Of a DNA stretch of 64,000 bases, positions 11,329 to 23,014 are shown in pieces. Made by a program: the position numbers and the translations under genes. Under the pieces are notes generated by a model. That model did not search any database. It saw only the letters and a program-made list of their open reading frames with translations, and was not told the DNA's origin. How positions within the stretch are numbered: position 1 is the stretch's first letter; each line of letters starts with the position of its first letter. The DNA lies in contig JBHGNT010000022.1 of assembly GCA_043228905.1 (NCBI GenBank), positions 6,262,001 through 6,326,000 of the forward strand, given 5' to 3'. The DNA is from Azolla caroliniana. Lineage: Eukaryota; Plantae; Polypodiophyta.

Positions 11329-11529
11329 AATTAGTATGTCCTTTCTTGTTTGCCGCGTGTGAGTGCCCACGTTCTCTGCTTTAAATAGCAAGTGCGCACA
11401 CGTCCTTCTTTAATGCATGGCGCCTCTTCGTTGCATGGTGGCGCTCCCACCTCTTGTGATCTCCCCATCATTACGATGATTCGCGTCGATTCTGCCCACG
11501 TCTTTTTTTTTTCTTTTGCTTGGGCCACG

Positions 11530-12383
11530 TCATTTGCTGGCCCCCCCCGCCTTGTTCGGGTCGGTTCGGGTCGGTTCGGGTCGGTTTTCCGGGATGGTCC
11601 TCGTCAGTAACGGTGTCGGTTCTTCCTCGGTCCGAATGTCCTCAGCAGCGTCTGTCGGTGTCGGTTCTTCCTCTTGCCGGATTTCCGGGTTTCGCTTGAA
11701 CAGGTTGGCTGGCATATTTCCTTTATACGGCTTTAGCCGAAATCCATTTGCCCACTTGCCGATGACATCTCCAGACAACGTGCCGAGCTGATACGACCCA
11801 TTGTACTCCTTGGTGATCCAGAACGGTCCGGTCCATCGAAACCGCAACTTTCCCGGCATGTTCCCCATCCTTGTCTGGAATAGTAGCACCGGTTTCCCGA
11901 CTTCGAACTCCTTTTCATTGCCACGCCGGTGTCGGTCCACGAAGGCTTTTCTCCTCCTTTGCTCCAGTTCGAGTTGTAGTAAGCTGGCTATTCGGTTTTC
12001 CTCTAATTCCAACAGCGTTGCCAGTCGGATTCGTTCGGACTCGTTCTCACTTAAGCACTCCTTTACCTGAATCCGTAAGCTGGGGATCTGGAACTCTACC
12101 GGCATGACCGCTTCTAACCCGAATGCTAGTCGGAACGGGGTTGTCCGGATGCTGGTTTTGTACGTTGTTCGGTACGCCCATAGCGCGCTTTGCAATTTCG
12201 TATCCCAGTCGGTCCGGTTCTCGTTGACGATTTTTCGTAGGATGTTCTGCAGAGTTTTGTTCGTTGATTCCGCTAGTCCATTGGCTTGAGGGTAGTAGGG
12301 TGTACTCTTTTTATGTACCACCGCCTAAAATGACGTCAGGCTTTCTACTACCTGCCCGAGAAAATGTCCTCCTTGGTCACTTA
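11530..12383 (-). pseudogene. E integrase C-terminal part
   Basis: STPYYPQANGLAESTNK, ALWAYRT, KLRFRWTGPF. Continues the pol interrupted by H; one premature TAG near 12325. Confidence 0.9.
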
Positions 12384-13082
12384 TGTTGGGATTTCGGTCC
12401 CTCCGGATGGGATGTCCGGAGATGAATGACGGCAAGCCCGGTTGCGGTTACGGAGCCGGATGACGAAGACCCTGGCTACGGTGCCGGATGATGAAGACCC
12501 CGGCTACGGAGCCGGATGATGAATACCCCGGCTACGGAGCCGGATGCTGAAGACCCCGGTTACGGAGCCGGATGACGAATGTACCCGGAGGGAGATCCGG
12601 ATGCGGGGACATATTTGTGAATATGTTTTGCCAAGAGCCCTTGAGGCTATATTTGTAAATAGCCCGAAAGTCATATGTGTATAAATATGACTTAGGGCAA
12701 ACAGTTTTAAGTTGCTTCTCATTTTTTTCTGTTTTTCCACTTTCGTTAGAGGAGTGAAGAGGGAGCAGCCGTGAGAGAGAGAGAGATAGAGCGCGAGAGA
12801 GAGAGAGGAAGAGGTAGACGCCTCTGTGTATTTCCGCCGCCTGTGGCGAGGACAGCGAGCTCAAGGTCGTCGCCTTGGAGCTCGTCATTGTATACTTCTC
12901 TGTATAGTGTTGTTTGGAGTCTTGTACTCCCGTGGTTTTTCCCGTCTGGGTTTTCCACGTTAATCCCTGTGTACTCGCGTTTCTTTTGTTTCTCGTGTGG
13001 TTCCTATTTTCTGCTCCATTGATCCGCGATTACTCGGTTGTGGCCGGGAGAAGAAGGTGAATCCAATCGTTGATTCCCAACA
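12384..13082 (+). repeat. 5' LTR of H (contains ~27-bp tandem repeats at ~12446-12580)
   Basis: TGTTG...CAACA; five GG(C/T)TACGGAGCCGGATGA.GAAGACCC-like units in U3. Confidence 0.95.
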
Positions 13083-13085
13083 AAC

Positions 13086-13097
13086 TGGTATCAGAGC
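13086..13097 (+). promoter_or_regulatory. PBS (initiator tRNA-Met) of H
   Basis: TGGTATCAGAGC, 3 nt after the LTR. Confidence 0.95.
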
Positions 13098-13111
13098 GAC
13101 TGTTGCAGAAA

Positions 13112-16100
13112 ATGGAAGGCGGCGGCAGCGGGCAGCCGGGGATGATGGTGCTGAATGCACAGAATTACGCCGACTGGAAGATCAAGATGGAGGATCTTCT
13201 GATTGTTCGGGACCTGTACGAACCGATTGACAGGTCGGAAATACCGAAGGGGGTACTTGAGTCGGAGTGGAAGCTCCTGAACCGGAAAGCCGTAGCGACG
13301 ATCCGACAATATGTCGATGTAAGCGTCCTACAACATGTGGCGAACGACACCAACGCATATGAGATGTGGAAGAAGCTGTCAGGCCTCTACGAGAGGAAGA
13401 ATGCGTTGAACCGGACCTCCCTGATGAGGAAGATTGTGAACCTCAAGTACCGGGACGGCGAGAGTATGGTTGAACACGTAAGCACGTTCATGGGATTCGT
13501 GAACCAGCTTGCGGCGATTAAGTTCCCGTTGGAGGATGCAATGCAAGCCATCATCCTAATGTGTACATTGCCAGAAAGCTGGGAGAACTTGGTGGTGACT
13601 CTCAGCACCTCCTGCACCGAAGATAACTTGTCCTTGCAAACGGTAAAGACAAGTATTTTGAACGAAGAAGCGCGTCGGAGAGATAAAGAACCGGCCTCCG
13701 ACCCGAAGGCGCTGCTTACCGAATCGGATCGGGGAAGACAATGGAACCGGAGTCCGCAAAGACGGGAGAAGTCGGGGACCCGGTCGCAGTCAAGAGGAAG
13801 GCCCACATGCTTCCACTGCGGGAAGCCGGGGCACTTCCGAAAGAATTGTCGGCATTACCGAAAAGATAACGGAGCCGACGACACCGATTCGAAGAAGTCA
13901 CCGGAGAGAAACGGTGCATACCGGGGAGTCACGGACCGGAGAGGTTCGGATCGGCGAGGGCAGGACCGGAAAGGAACGACGACACTCGCGGCAAGTGAGG
14001 AAGAAATCATGCTCATCACCGAAGAAGGTGAGCTAAACATTGCCGGCGATGAGACGACCTGGGTGGTCGATTCCGGAGCATCGTTCCACCTGACCCCGGA
14101 GAGAAGATACTTCTCATCCTACACAGCCGGTGAGCATGGCTGTGTTCGGATGGGAAATGAAGGTACGTGCCGGATTGCCGGCATCGGAGACGTGTGGTTG
14201 ACAACCCCGACCGGATGCAAAATGCTGCTGAAGGATGTCCGACACGTTCCGGAGGTTCGATTGAACCTGATTTCGGCCGGGAGGCTAGACGATGAAGGCT
14301 ACACAGGTAGCATCCGGAACGGCGTAATGAAGTTCAGCAAGGGGAGCCTGATAGTGGCTCGGGCCCGGAAAGACAACACACTGTACCTGATGAATGCCCG
14401 GTTATGTCCGGAAGAGCTGAATGTGGCAACCGACACTGCCGGTGAGCTGTGGCACAAAAGACTGTGCCACATGAGTGAGAAGGGGATGAAGAGGCTTGCA
14501 GAAGACAACCTTATTCCAGTGAAGCAAGTGCACCTGGAGAAGTGCACCGATTGCCTGGCCGGTAAGCAGAACCGAACCTCCTTCCACTCAAGGCCACCGA
14601 CGAGACGTAGCGCACCATTGGAGTTGGTGCACACTGATGTGTGTCAGGTAGAAACGAAGTCACATGGCGGAGCCCAGTACTTCGTAACATTCATTGATGA
14701 TCACAGCCGGAAGCTGTGGACGGCACCGTTGAAGACAAAGGACCAAGTGTTGTGCGTCTTCAAAGAACTCCACGCGAGAGTGGAAAGGGAATCCGGCAAG
14801 AAGCTGAAAGCGATACGAGCGGATAACGGAGGGGAATACCGGGGGCAGTTCCAGGAGTACTGTCGCTCGAAGGGAATCCGACTCGAGTTTACTGTGCCGA
14901 AGGCGCCGGAACTGAACGGGCTGGCCGAGAGGATGAACCGGACCATAATGGAGAGGGTCCGGAGTATGCTGGCGCATGCGAAATTACCCAAGGGGTTTTG
15001 GGCTGAGGCAATGTCGACGGCGACATACATGATAAACAGATCACCCTCAGTACCTTTGGATGGAGACACGCCGCAGAAAGTGTGGACCGGTAAGGAAGTG
15101 TCCTACCGGCACCTGAAGGTGTTCGGGTGTCTCGCATACGTGCATGTGGCAAAGGACCGGAGAGGAAAGCTAGATCCAAAGACCCGGCCATGCATATTCC
15201 TCGGTTACGGTGATGACGAGTTCGGCTACCGAGTATGGGACCCGGTCGACAAGAAGATATTCAGGAGTCGAGATATCATCTTCATGGAGGACAAGACACT
15301 CGCCGACTGGGAGTCGGAGAAGAAGATGAAGAGCTCCAAGTCGACCGGTGAGGATCAACTCTACGAGGAGCAGTCCCGACCGGCAAGGGACCGGTTAGCA
15401 CTCGAGGATCCGGCCGAAGACGGTGAAGAAACAGAACCGGCCGAAGAAGATGAAAACGATACCGGAACCGGCCCCGATCCCGAAATGGATTCGGATGAAG
15501 AAGAATCGGAAGAACCGGTTACCGAAGCTCCGGAACGGAGATATCCTCTAAGAGAGAGAAGGGCCCCCCGGAGATTTCCGGAACCAGAGCACGTGCTGCT
15601 AACCGACGAGGGGGAGCCGGAGAGCTTTGAAGAAGCAAAGCATGACACCCAGAGCCGCAGGTGGTTGAGTGCCATGCAGGACGAGATGGATTCCCTGCAT
15701 GAGAACCACACATATGAACTTGTGGAGTTGCCGAAAGGAAAGCGGGCACTTCGAAACAAGTGGGTGTTCAAGCTGAAACCGGGAGATGCCGGAAACCCCC
15801 CGAGATACAAAGCCAGGATCGTGGTGAAGGGGTTTCAGCAAAAGAAGGGCGTCGACTTCGACGAGATATTTGCCCCGGTAGTGAAGATGACCTCCATCCG
15901 GACGGTGCTGAGCATAGCGGCAAGCATGGACCTCGAGGTAGAACAGATGGACGTGAAGACGGCATTCCTTCACGGTGACCTCGAAGAAGAGATTTACATG
16001 CAGCAACCGGAAGGATTCGAGAAGAAAGGGAAGGAGCACCTGGTATGCCGGTTGAAGAAGAGCCTTTACGGACTGAAGCAGGCTCCCCGGCAATGGTACC

Positions 16101-17185
16101 GGAAGTTCGACTCCTTCATGACCGACGAAGGGTACCTCAAAACGCAGTCCGACCACTGCGCGTTTGTGAAGAAATTCGAAGGAGGAGACTTTCTAATACT
16201 CCTCCTGTACGTGGACGACATGTTGATCGTCGGACGGGACCAGGTCAAGATACGGATGCTGAAGAAGGCTCTTCACCGAACCTTCTCAATGAAGGACCTG
16301 GGTCCGGCGAGGCAAATACTAGGGATGCACATCATCCGGGACCGGAAGAAGAAGCAGTTGTGGCTGTCACAGGAGAAGTACGTGACGAAGGTGCTTCACC
16401 GGTTCAACATGTCGGAAGCAAGACCGGTCGGATCGACCCTCCCGACAAACTGCAAGCTGTCCAGCAAGCAAAGTCCCAAGACAAAGGCTGAAAAGGAGGA
16501 TATGATGAAAGTGCCGTATGCCTCAGCCGTCGGGAGCTTGATGTACGCCATGGTGTGTACGAGACCGGACATCGGATATGCAGTCGGAGTGGTGAGCCGG
16601 TACATGAGCAATCCCGGCAAAGAGCATTGGAACGCGGCCAAGTGGATACTCCGATACCTGAAGGGCACAGCAAACGTGTGCCTCCGATTCGGCTCCGGAA
16701 AGCCCGAACTCGACGGCTTTACCGATTCGGATATGTCGGCTGATGCAGATACCAGCCGGTCCACATCAGGGTATGTGATGACGTATGCAGGGGGAGCTGT
16801 TTCATGGCAGTCGAGGCTGCAGAAGACGGTTGCGCTGTCAACCACGGAGGCGGAGTACATGGCGGCTGTTGAAGCCGGCAAGGAAATGATATGGATGAAG
16901 GACTTCATTAGAGAGCTCGGTATCCGGCAGGAGGAGTACCGACTCTACTGCGACAGTCAGAGTGCCATCCACCTTGCGAAGAACGCGGCCTATCACTCCC
17001 GGACGAAGCACATCCAGCGAAGATATCACTGGATCCGGGAAAGGATAGAAGACCAGGAGTTCGTGCTGACGAAGATCCACACGGACGAGAACGGCTCAGA
17101 TATGCTGACCAAAGTGCTCACACCCGACAAGCTGGAAGCATGCCGGAAGAGGATCGGATTGGAGAGACATCCCATGCCGAAGTGA
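13112..17185 (+). CDS. Copia gag-pol polyprotein (gag, zinc knuckle, PR, INT, RT, RNase H)
   Basis: CFHCGKPGHFRKNC, WVVDSGAS, LWHKRLCH, FIDDHSR/IRADNGGEY/GLAERMNR, QMDVKTAFLHG, LYVDDML, YCDSQSAIHLAKN. No stops. Confidence 0.97.
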   Translation: MEGGGSGQPGMMVLNAQNYADWKIKMEDLLIVRDLYEPIDRSEIPKGVLESEWKLLNRKAVATIRQYVDVSVLQHVANDTNAYEMWKKLSGLYERKNALNRTSLMRKIVNLKYRDGESMVEHVSTFMGFVNQLAAIKFPLEDAMQAIILMCTLPESWENLVVTLSTSCTEDNLSLQTVKTSILNEEARRRDKEPASDPKALLTESDRGRQWNRSPQRREKSGTRSQSRGRPTCFHCGKPGHFRKNCRHYRKDNGADDTDSKKSPERNGAYRGVTDRRGSDRRGQDRKGTTTLAASEEEIMLITEEGELNIAGDETTWVVDSGASFHLTPERRYFSSYTAGEHGCVRMGNEGTCRIAGIGDVWLTTPTGCKMLLKDVRHVPEVRLNLISAGRLDDEGYTGSIRNGVMKFSKGSLIVARARKDNTLYLMNARLCPEELNVATDTAGELWHKRLCHMSEKGMKRLAEDNLIPVKQVHLEKCTDCLAGKQNRTSFHSRPPTRRSAPLELVHTDVCQVETKSHGGAQYFVTFIDDHSRKLWTAPLKTKDQVLCVFKELHARVERESGKKLKAIRADNGGEYRGQFQEYCRSKGIRLEFTVPKAPELNGLAERMNRTIMERVRSMLAHAKLPKGFWAEAMSTATYMINRSPSVPLDGDTPQKVWTGKEVSYRHLKVFGCLAYVHVAKDRRGKLDPKTRPCIFLGYGDDEFGYRVWDPVDKKIFRSRDIIFMEDKTLADWESEKKMKSSKSTGEDQLYEEQSRPARDRLALEDPAEDGEETEPAEEDENDTGTGPDPEMDSDEEESEEPVTEAPERRYPLRERRAPRRFPEPEHVLLTDEGEPESFEEAKHDTQSRRWLSAMQDEMDSLHENHTYELVELPKGKRALRNKWVFKLKPGDAGNPPRYKARIVVKGFQQKKGVDFDEIFAPVVKMTSIRTVLSIAASMDLEVEQMDVKTAFLHGDLEEEIYMQQPEGFEKKGKEHLVCRLKKSLYGLKQAPRQWYRKFDSFMTDEGYLKTQSDHCAFVKKFEGGDFLILLLYVDDMLIVGRDQVKIRMLKKALHRTFSMKDLGPARQILGMHIIRDRKKKQLWLSQEKYVTKVLHRFNMSEARPVGSTLPTNCKLSSKQSPKTKAEKEDMMKVPYASAVGSLMYAMVCTRPDIGYAVGVVSRYMSNPGKEHWNAAKWILRYLKGTANVCLRFGSGKPELDGFTDSDMSADADTSRSTSGYVMTYAGGAVSWQSRLQKTVALSTTEAEYMAAVEAGKEMIWMKDFIRELGIRQEEYRLYCDSQSAIHLAKNAAYHSRTKHIQRRYHWIRERIEDQEFVLTKIHTDENGSDMLTKVLTPDKLEACRKRIGLERHPMPK

Positions 17186-17193
17186 AGGGGGAG
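17184..17193 (+). promoter_or_regulatory. PPT of H
   Basis: GAAGGGGGAG, 2 nt before the 3' LTR. Confidence 0.9.
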
Positions 17194-17195
17194 TT

Positions 17196-17894
17196 TGTTG
17201 AGATTTCGGTCCCTCCGGATGGGATGTCCGGAGATGAATGACGGCAAGCCCGGTTGCGGTTACGGAGCCGGATGACGAAGACCCTGGCTACGGTGCCGGA
17301 TGATGAAGACCCCGGCTACGGAGCCGGATGATGAATACCCCGGCTACGGAGCCGGATGCTGAAGACCCCGGTTACGGAGCCGGATGACGAATGTACCCGG
17401 AGGGAGATCCGGATGCGGGGACATATTTGTGAATATGTTTTGCCAAGAGCCCTTGAGGCTATATTTGTAAATAGCCCGAAAGTCATATGTGTATAAATAT
17501 GACTTAGGGCAAACAGTTTTAAGTTGCTTCTCATTTTTTTCTGTTTTTCCACTTTCGTTAGAGGAGTGAAGAGGGAGCAGCCGTGAGAGAGAGAGAGATA
17601 GAGCGCGAGAGAGAGAGAGGAAGAGGTAGACGCCTCTGTGTATTTCCGCCGCCTGTGGCGAGGACAGCGAGCTCAAGGTCGTCGCCTTGGAGCTCGTCAT
17701 TGTATACTTCTCTGTATAGTGTTGTTTGGAGTCTTGTACTCCCGTGGTTTTTCCCGTCTGGGTTTTCCACGTTAATCCCTGTGTACTAGCGTTTCTTTTG
17801 TTTCTCGTGTGGTTCCTATTTTCTGCTCCATTGATCCGCGATTACTCGGTTGTGGCCGGGAGAAGAAGGTGAATCCAATCGTTGATTCCCAACA
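17196..17894 (+). repeat. 3' LTR of H
   Basis: Matches 12384-13082. Confidence 0.95.
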
Positions 17895-20894
17895 ACTTAT
17901 AAGCTCGATCGGGCATCCATACCGGCACCATATGCATTCGTACAGAAACTTTGCTGTGGAAGCGGCCGTGTTGTCCCGTAAGGCCTTTGCTTCTACCCAT
18001 TTGGTGCAATAGTCGGTCGCCACTATGACATACCGATTTCCGGTTCGCATTGCCGGTGGTTTGAAGGGACCGACAAAGTCCAAACCCCACTTTTGAAACG
18101 GTTCTAAGGGCAAGACCGGGTGGTGTGGCATCCGGGCCTGCTCTGTGGGTTGGCCTAGTCGTTGACACAAATCGCATTCTCTACTATACTTCACGGCATC
18201 TTTTAGGGTGGTCGGCCACCACAGTCCGCTCTGCCATATTTTCCGAGCGGTTGCGTCGCCGGCATAATGCCCGCCGGCAATTCCACAGTGGGCTTCCCTG
18301 AGGATTAGATCCTTCTCATCGCTCCACACTGCTCGCCTCCAGATGCCATCTGCCCCCTTGTGATAGAGGGTGTCTCCAACCAAGCAGAAATGTCTACTTC
18401 TTACTGCTACCCTTTTCCTTTCATCGCGGTCCATGTTGTCCGGGGGAACTCCAGTGCTCAGGAACTGGTGCATCTCAGTTAGCCATGTGTCTTCGTCGGC
18501 TACCATTGTATCCGTTGCCGGTTTCGTCGTGATCCGGAACAATTCGGCGTCGGGAAACTCATCCTGGACGCCGTCCCCTGCTTCTCCGGATTCAAGTCTG
18601 CTTAGATAGTCCGCTACCGCATGCTGCGCCCCGGGTCGGTGGAAAATGTCGAATTCAAATTCCTGTAGTAGCAGTGTCCACCGTGCAATTTTTCCCGTCA
18701 GGGATGCCTTCGAGACCAGGTAGAGTAGAGCCGAATGGTCGACATGGAAGGAAAACTTCCTTCTGAGCAGATAGTGCCTGTACTTTGTGACACTATACAC
18801 CATTCCCAATGCCTCGCGTTCCGTCGTAGAGTAATTCCGTTCGGCTTTTGAGAGTTTCCGGCTTGCGTAGTACACCGGTCGGTACCATTTCGGCTCTGTG
18901 AGTTGCATCAGAACGCTGCCGATTGCTACGTCCGACGCGTCGACGAAGACGTGAAAGCTTTTACTCCAATCCGGCGGTTGCACCACCGGAGCTTGCGACA
19001 GCATGACCTTCAACGCTTTGTAGGCTTCCTCCTCCGTCTCTGCCCATAGGAAGGGTACCCTATGTACGGCGGTATGTAACGGTGTAGCGAAGTCCGCGAG
19101 GTGCCGTATCATCCGGCTATGCCACCTTATTTGGCCCAGGAACCGGCTTAAAGCCTTTGCGTTACTTGGTGCTGGTGCATCGAGAATCGCCTTGACTTTA
19201 TCCGGATCTACCGCGATCCCTTCCTTACTCACCACGTGCCCTAGCAAGTTGCCGCTTGCCACTCCAAAGACGCACTTGGCCGGATTCAGGCTCAATCGGT
19301 ACTCGCGGCACTTCTCCAAGCACAGCCGGAGGTGATCGAGATGCTCTCCGTGCCGGCTGTAGACCGCGAAATCGTCAAGGAAGACCTGCATAAAACCGGG
19401 GATATATTCCCCGAAAATTTCCATTATTATCCTTTGAAAGGTTGTTGGAGCCGTCTTTAGTCCGAACATCATCACGACCGCGACGAACACTCCCCATTCC
19501 GTCACGAACGCTGTCTTCTCTTGGTCGGCCGGGTTCATTCGTATTTGGTTGTAGCCGCTAAATCCATCTAGGAAGCTGTAAACTTCGTGCCCGGCTACCA
19601 CATCTAACACCCCGTCCGTAAATGGTAGTGGAAACGCATCGGTCACTGTCGCGGCATTTAGTTTTCGGTAGTCCACGCATACCCGGATTTTTCCGTTCTT
19701 TTTCGGGACCACCACTATCGGACTTAGCCAGGTTGCCTGCTTGACCGGTCGGATAAATCCGACCTGGAGGAGCTTATCAATTTCCTCCTTCACCTTTGCC
19801 GCATAATTCGGATTCATCCGGTACCTGCGTTGAGCAATTGGTTTCGCGTCCGTACTTAGGTGAATTTGGTGCTGATAGAGCTGGGGGTCCAGCCCTCGCA
19901 TGTCTTCATACGACCACGCGAACACATCCTTGAAGTCTGTTAACAATGCTACCATTGCCTTCTTTTCTTCCTTCGGCAATTCCTTTGCAACCTTTACTGG
20001 TCGGGGCTTGTCTGCTGTGCCGAGGTCCACCTCCTCGAGTTGGGATGCTTTTACCCTCTGGGATATCGTCATTTCCCTCTCTAGGGATTCCTGCGCTTGT
20101 CGTAGTTCCCGGATCGCCGCTTGGTCCGGTTCTTCCGGCGTCGTAATGTACGGTTCTACTGCCGCCGTAATATCCACCTCAAATAGTGGGACGATTCGTG
20201 GGTGTTCCTCTAGGTACCGCTCGACTTCCTCGTCCGGTAATCCCTCCAACATGTTAATGCTTTCCGCATACAATGGAGTTGCTTCCTTACTGGTGATCAC
20301 CCGTGGTTGCGTCGTTACTCGTACCTTTGTTTTCCCTCGCCGGAATGTGATCATGTTCTTTTGCCAGTTCTGCTTGATATGCGCCGTTCGCAACCATGGT
20401 CGTCCTAGCAGTAGGGGGTATGCGCCTTGTACATTCAGCTGCAGCACCACGGCCGATATCCGGAATACGTGGCCTCCGATCGTGATTTCCAAATCCCGGA
20501 TAAGCCCGGTCGGTCGGACTGAGCTAGTATCCGCCATGCGTAACCAGAAGGGGCATGGTTCCCATTCCCGGATGCCCAGGTCGTTGCATGTCTGTTGGCT
20601 GATGACATTTACCCCGGAGCCTCCGTCAATAATCGTTCCAACAATTTCCTTTCCTTTCACGATTGTCGTGATTGCCGGGCTACTTGTATCGACCACCGCT
20701 GGTCCTTCCTCCGGGTTGGAGAAGAATGCCGGTGCTGGCGTCGGCTTCGGTTTGCTGACGGATGCCTGTAGGTCTGCCGTAAATCGTGGCACTAACTGTA
20801 GTAGTCGTGCTAACGGCAGCACGATTTGACAGTCCTGTAGCGCTTGCCACGTCGGGTTCTCGCCTGGCTGTATGATTTCTTCGTCTTTTGGCAT
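17895..20894 (-). pseudogene. E pol: protease, RT, RNase H, integrase N-part (cut by H)
   Basis: IIDGGSGVN, RVCVDYRKLN, LDGFSGYNQI, VFLDDF, VFVDASD, NYSTTEREAL, H-H-C-C zinc finger, KWGLDFVGPF. Confidence 0.93.
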
Positions 20895-20905
20895 ATTTTG
20901 GTCTC

Positions 20906-22962
20906 TTACTTCTGCCGCATCTGTTCATTGGCCTCCTTGATCCATTGTGTCGCTTGTTTTCTGATTGCCTCCTGGGCCTCCCACTCGGCGGTCTTTCCCT
21001 TTGACCGGGTTGTGACCTGCTGTACTTCTATTATTTCGGCTGTAACCATGTTGACTTCCGGCTGCTTGTCATAGCTTTTGCTTGGGCATTGGTTACTATA
21101 GTGGCCTTCCTTGCGGCAGTAATAACAGTACACCTTGTGACTGTTGCTCGTTTCTCCTTTGTCCCCGGTTTGGAGGGTGGGTATGCTCCGGCGGTCGTCT
21201 TCGGTTTTTCGGTTTTTCGGTACGGATACCGGGTTGTCATTCCTTGCTGCCTCCCGACGTTCCTCTCTTCGGAAAAATCCACGCTTCTGATTCCGTCGGA
21301 AATTTCGGTTCCCTTGTCGCCTCTCTTCTCCGCGTCGGTCGTATTCCGGGGCTCCGTCTCGGTCGTACCGGTCCCGGGGGTAGCTTTCTTTGCGTCTCTC
21401 CTCTAGGTCATAGTTGTCGCGTCTTCTATCAGCGTATCCTTGTCGCCTCTCTTCTCCGCGTCTATCGTCTTCCGGGGATTTGTCTCTGTCGTACCGGTCC
21501 CGGGGGTAGCTATCTCTCTGCGTCTCTCCTCTCGGTCATAGTTGTCGCGTCTTCTATCAGCGTATCTGTTACCGCGTTCGCGTTGGTAGCGGTCGTCTCT
21601 CCGGAATCGATCCTCGTCCGGGTTTTGATTGCGCGGTTCTATGTGTCGAACCGGTGCTGCCTGCCGATTTAACAGGTTGTATTCGCATCGGTCCGTTGTA
21701 TGGGCTCGAGAGTTGCAGATCACACATTGTGTCCGCAGGGTGCAGTCCACTGTTGAGTGCCCCGAATTTAGGCATGTTGTGCATTGTAAGGCCTGTCGGA
21801 ACCTCAGGTCTTCCTCCTTTGGGAGTGCCCGGTGTAACATCCCCATCGACAAGAAGGGGCTAGTCTTGTCCATTTCTAAAACCCGATCAATAACTTGGTC
21901 CATTGTGCTGGTTTGGAAATCAAGGACTCCGCACATTGTCCGAAGTGGCTCTTTCAGTGCGGCCAGAAAGACTGCTTTGGCTTCGTCTTCGGGTGGTGCT
22001 CTTGTCAGTTGGCTGTGCAGGGTCTGGAACCGAATGATGAATTGTGGCATAGTCTCGTTTTCTTCCTGCCGAGTGGTGTAGAACTGCCCGACCAATTCCC
22101 TTTGCTCAAATTGTCTGTGAAAAAACCTGAGGAATCTGGCCTTCAAGGCATCGAATGTGGCAAAGGTGCCTGGTAAGTGCTTTGTGTGCCATTGGGCCGC
22201 CGGTCCTTCTAAGGTTATGCCGAATTCGGCGATTTTGGATCGTTCGGCCTCGGGCTCCGTCAGTCTTTGGGAGATATGGTTGGCTTACCATGTTTGGAGG
22301 AATGCGTACACGTGTGCCTCCGCGTCGGCCTCATCCCGGTACTTTGGGTATGGGTACGGCATCGTGTCGTCCAACTGACTCTCCTGTTCCCTATCCGCTG
22401 TTGGCGTTGGTGTGAGAACCTTTGGTTCCTCCGCGGGTGTTGCCGGTGTCCGGTCCGTTGGTTCCTCCGCGGGTGTTGTCGGTATCCGCTCCTTCGGTTC
22501 CCTCGTGTTTGTTGTCGGTATCCGGTCAGCCTTCCTCGGCGGTTGCCGGTCACCGAATTCCAGGGTTATTTCTTCCTCTGGCGCCGGTGTTACTGAGTCT
22601 TCCGACCCCTCGTCCTCCCGGTCGTTTGGTGTGTCGTGGCTGCTTTTATACCGGGATGCAACGCTTCCGTCGCTTTCCGACTCCGCCTCAAGTGTTGCGA
22701 ATGCTTCCGAGTCCCCGTCGCCCGCGGCGAGCGTCTGCAGTATCGTTTCCGCCTCTTGCAGGCTTGTTATGCTACTGCCTTCGTCGGGGATTTGCAGAAC
22801 CCGGAACTGTAGTGCTTCTTCTGCGACTCTCCGAAGAGTTTTGGAGAATGACCGATCCCGCCGGATTTCGTCGACGGCTTGCTGCAGGGCTTCCCGTCGT
22901 TGCTCGCGTTCGGTGTATCGTCTCCCTCGTTCGGTGATGTGGTCGTCGTTTGGTCTAGACAT
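20906..22962 (-). pseudogene. E gag (frameshifted)
   Basis: ATG at 22962, retrotrans_gag-like region (RQEENETMPQFIIRF), Cys/His knuckles including CYYCRKEGHYSNQC. Broken by frameshifts and a 126/128-bp duplication. Confidence 0.8.
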
Positions 22963-22998
22963 CCATCCCCCGGTTGTCCTCTGCACTTTGCAGGAATC

Positions 22999-23008
22999 GT
23001 GGTCGCCA
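22999..23008 (-). promoter_or_regulatory. PBS of E (tRNA-Arg-like)
   Basis: Sense TGGCGACCAC, 6 nt inside the 5' LTR boundary and upstream of gag. tRNA identity is from recall of plant Arg tRNA 3' ends. Confidence 0.7.
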
Positions 23009-23014
23009 AAATAG

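Larger units (their letters stand above)
12384..17894 (+). mobile_element. Intact Copia element H (Tork/Tnt1-like)
   Basis: 699-bp LTRs (12384-13082, 17196-17894) with about 2 differences. TSD ACTTA (12379-12383, 17895-17899), PBS, PPT and a single open polyprotein. Confidence 0.97.

Noticed and set aside
8185-11391. Host myosin/SMC-like gene or env gene
   Set aside because: Intronless, inside the LTR pair and syntenic in element I. The coiled-coil resemblance is compositional, and no signal peptide or transmembrane segment is evident.
19900-20829. Long antisense ORFs opposite pol and the accessory ORF (309 aa here; 274 aa at 10400-11224; 278 aa at 56239-57075)
   Set aside because: Shadow frames of GC-rich coding or repeat DNA, with no recognisable motifs.
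20894-20910. Programmed gag/pol frameshift in E
   Set aside because: No slippery site, and comparison with I (63640-63680) suggests a simple 1-nt deletion in a continuous gag-pol frame.
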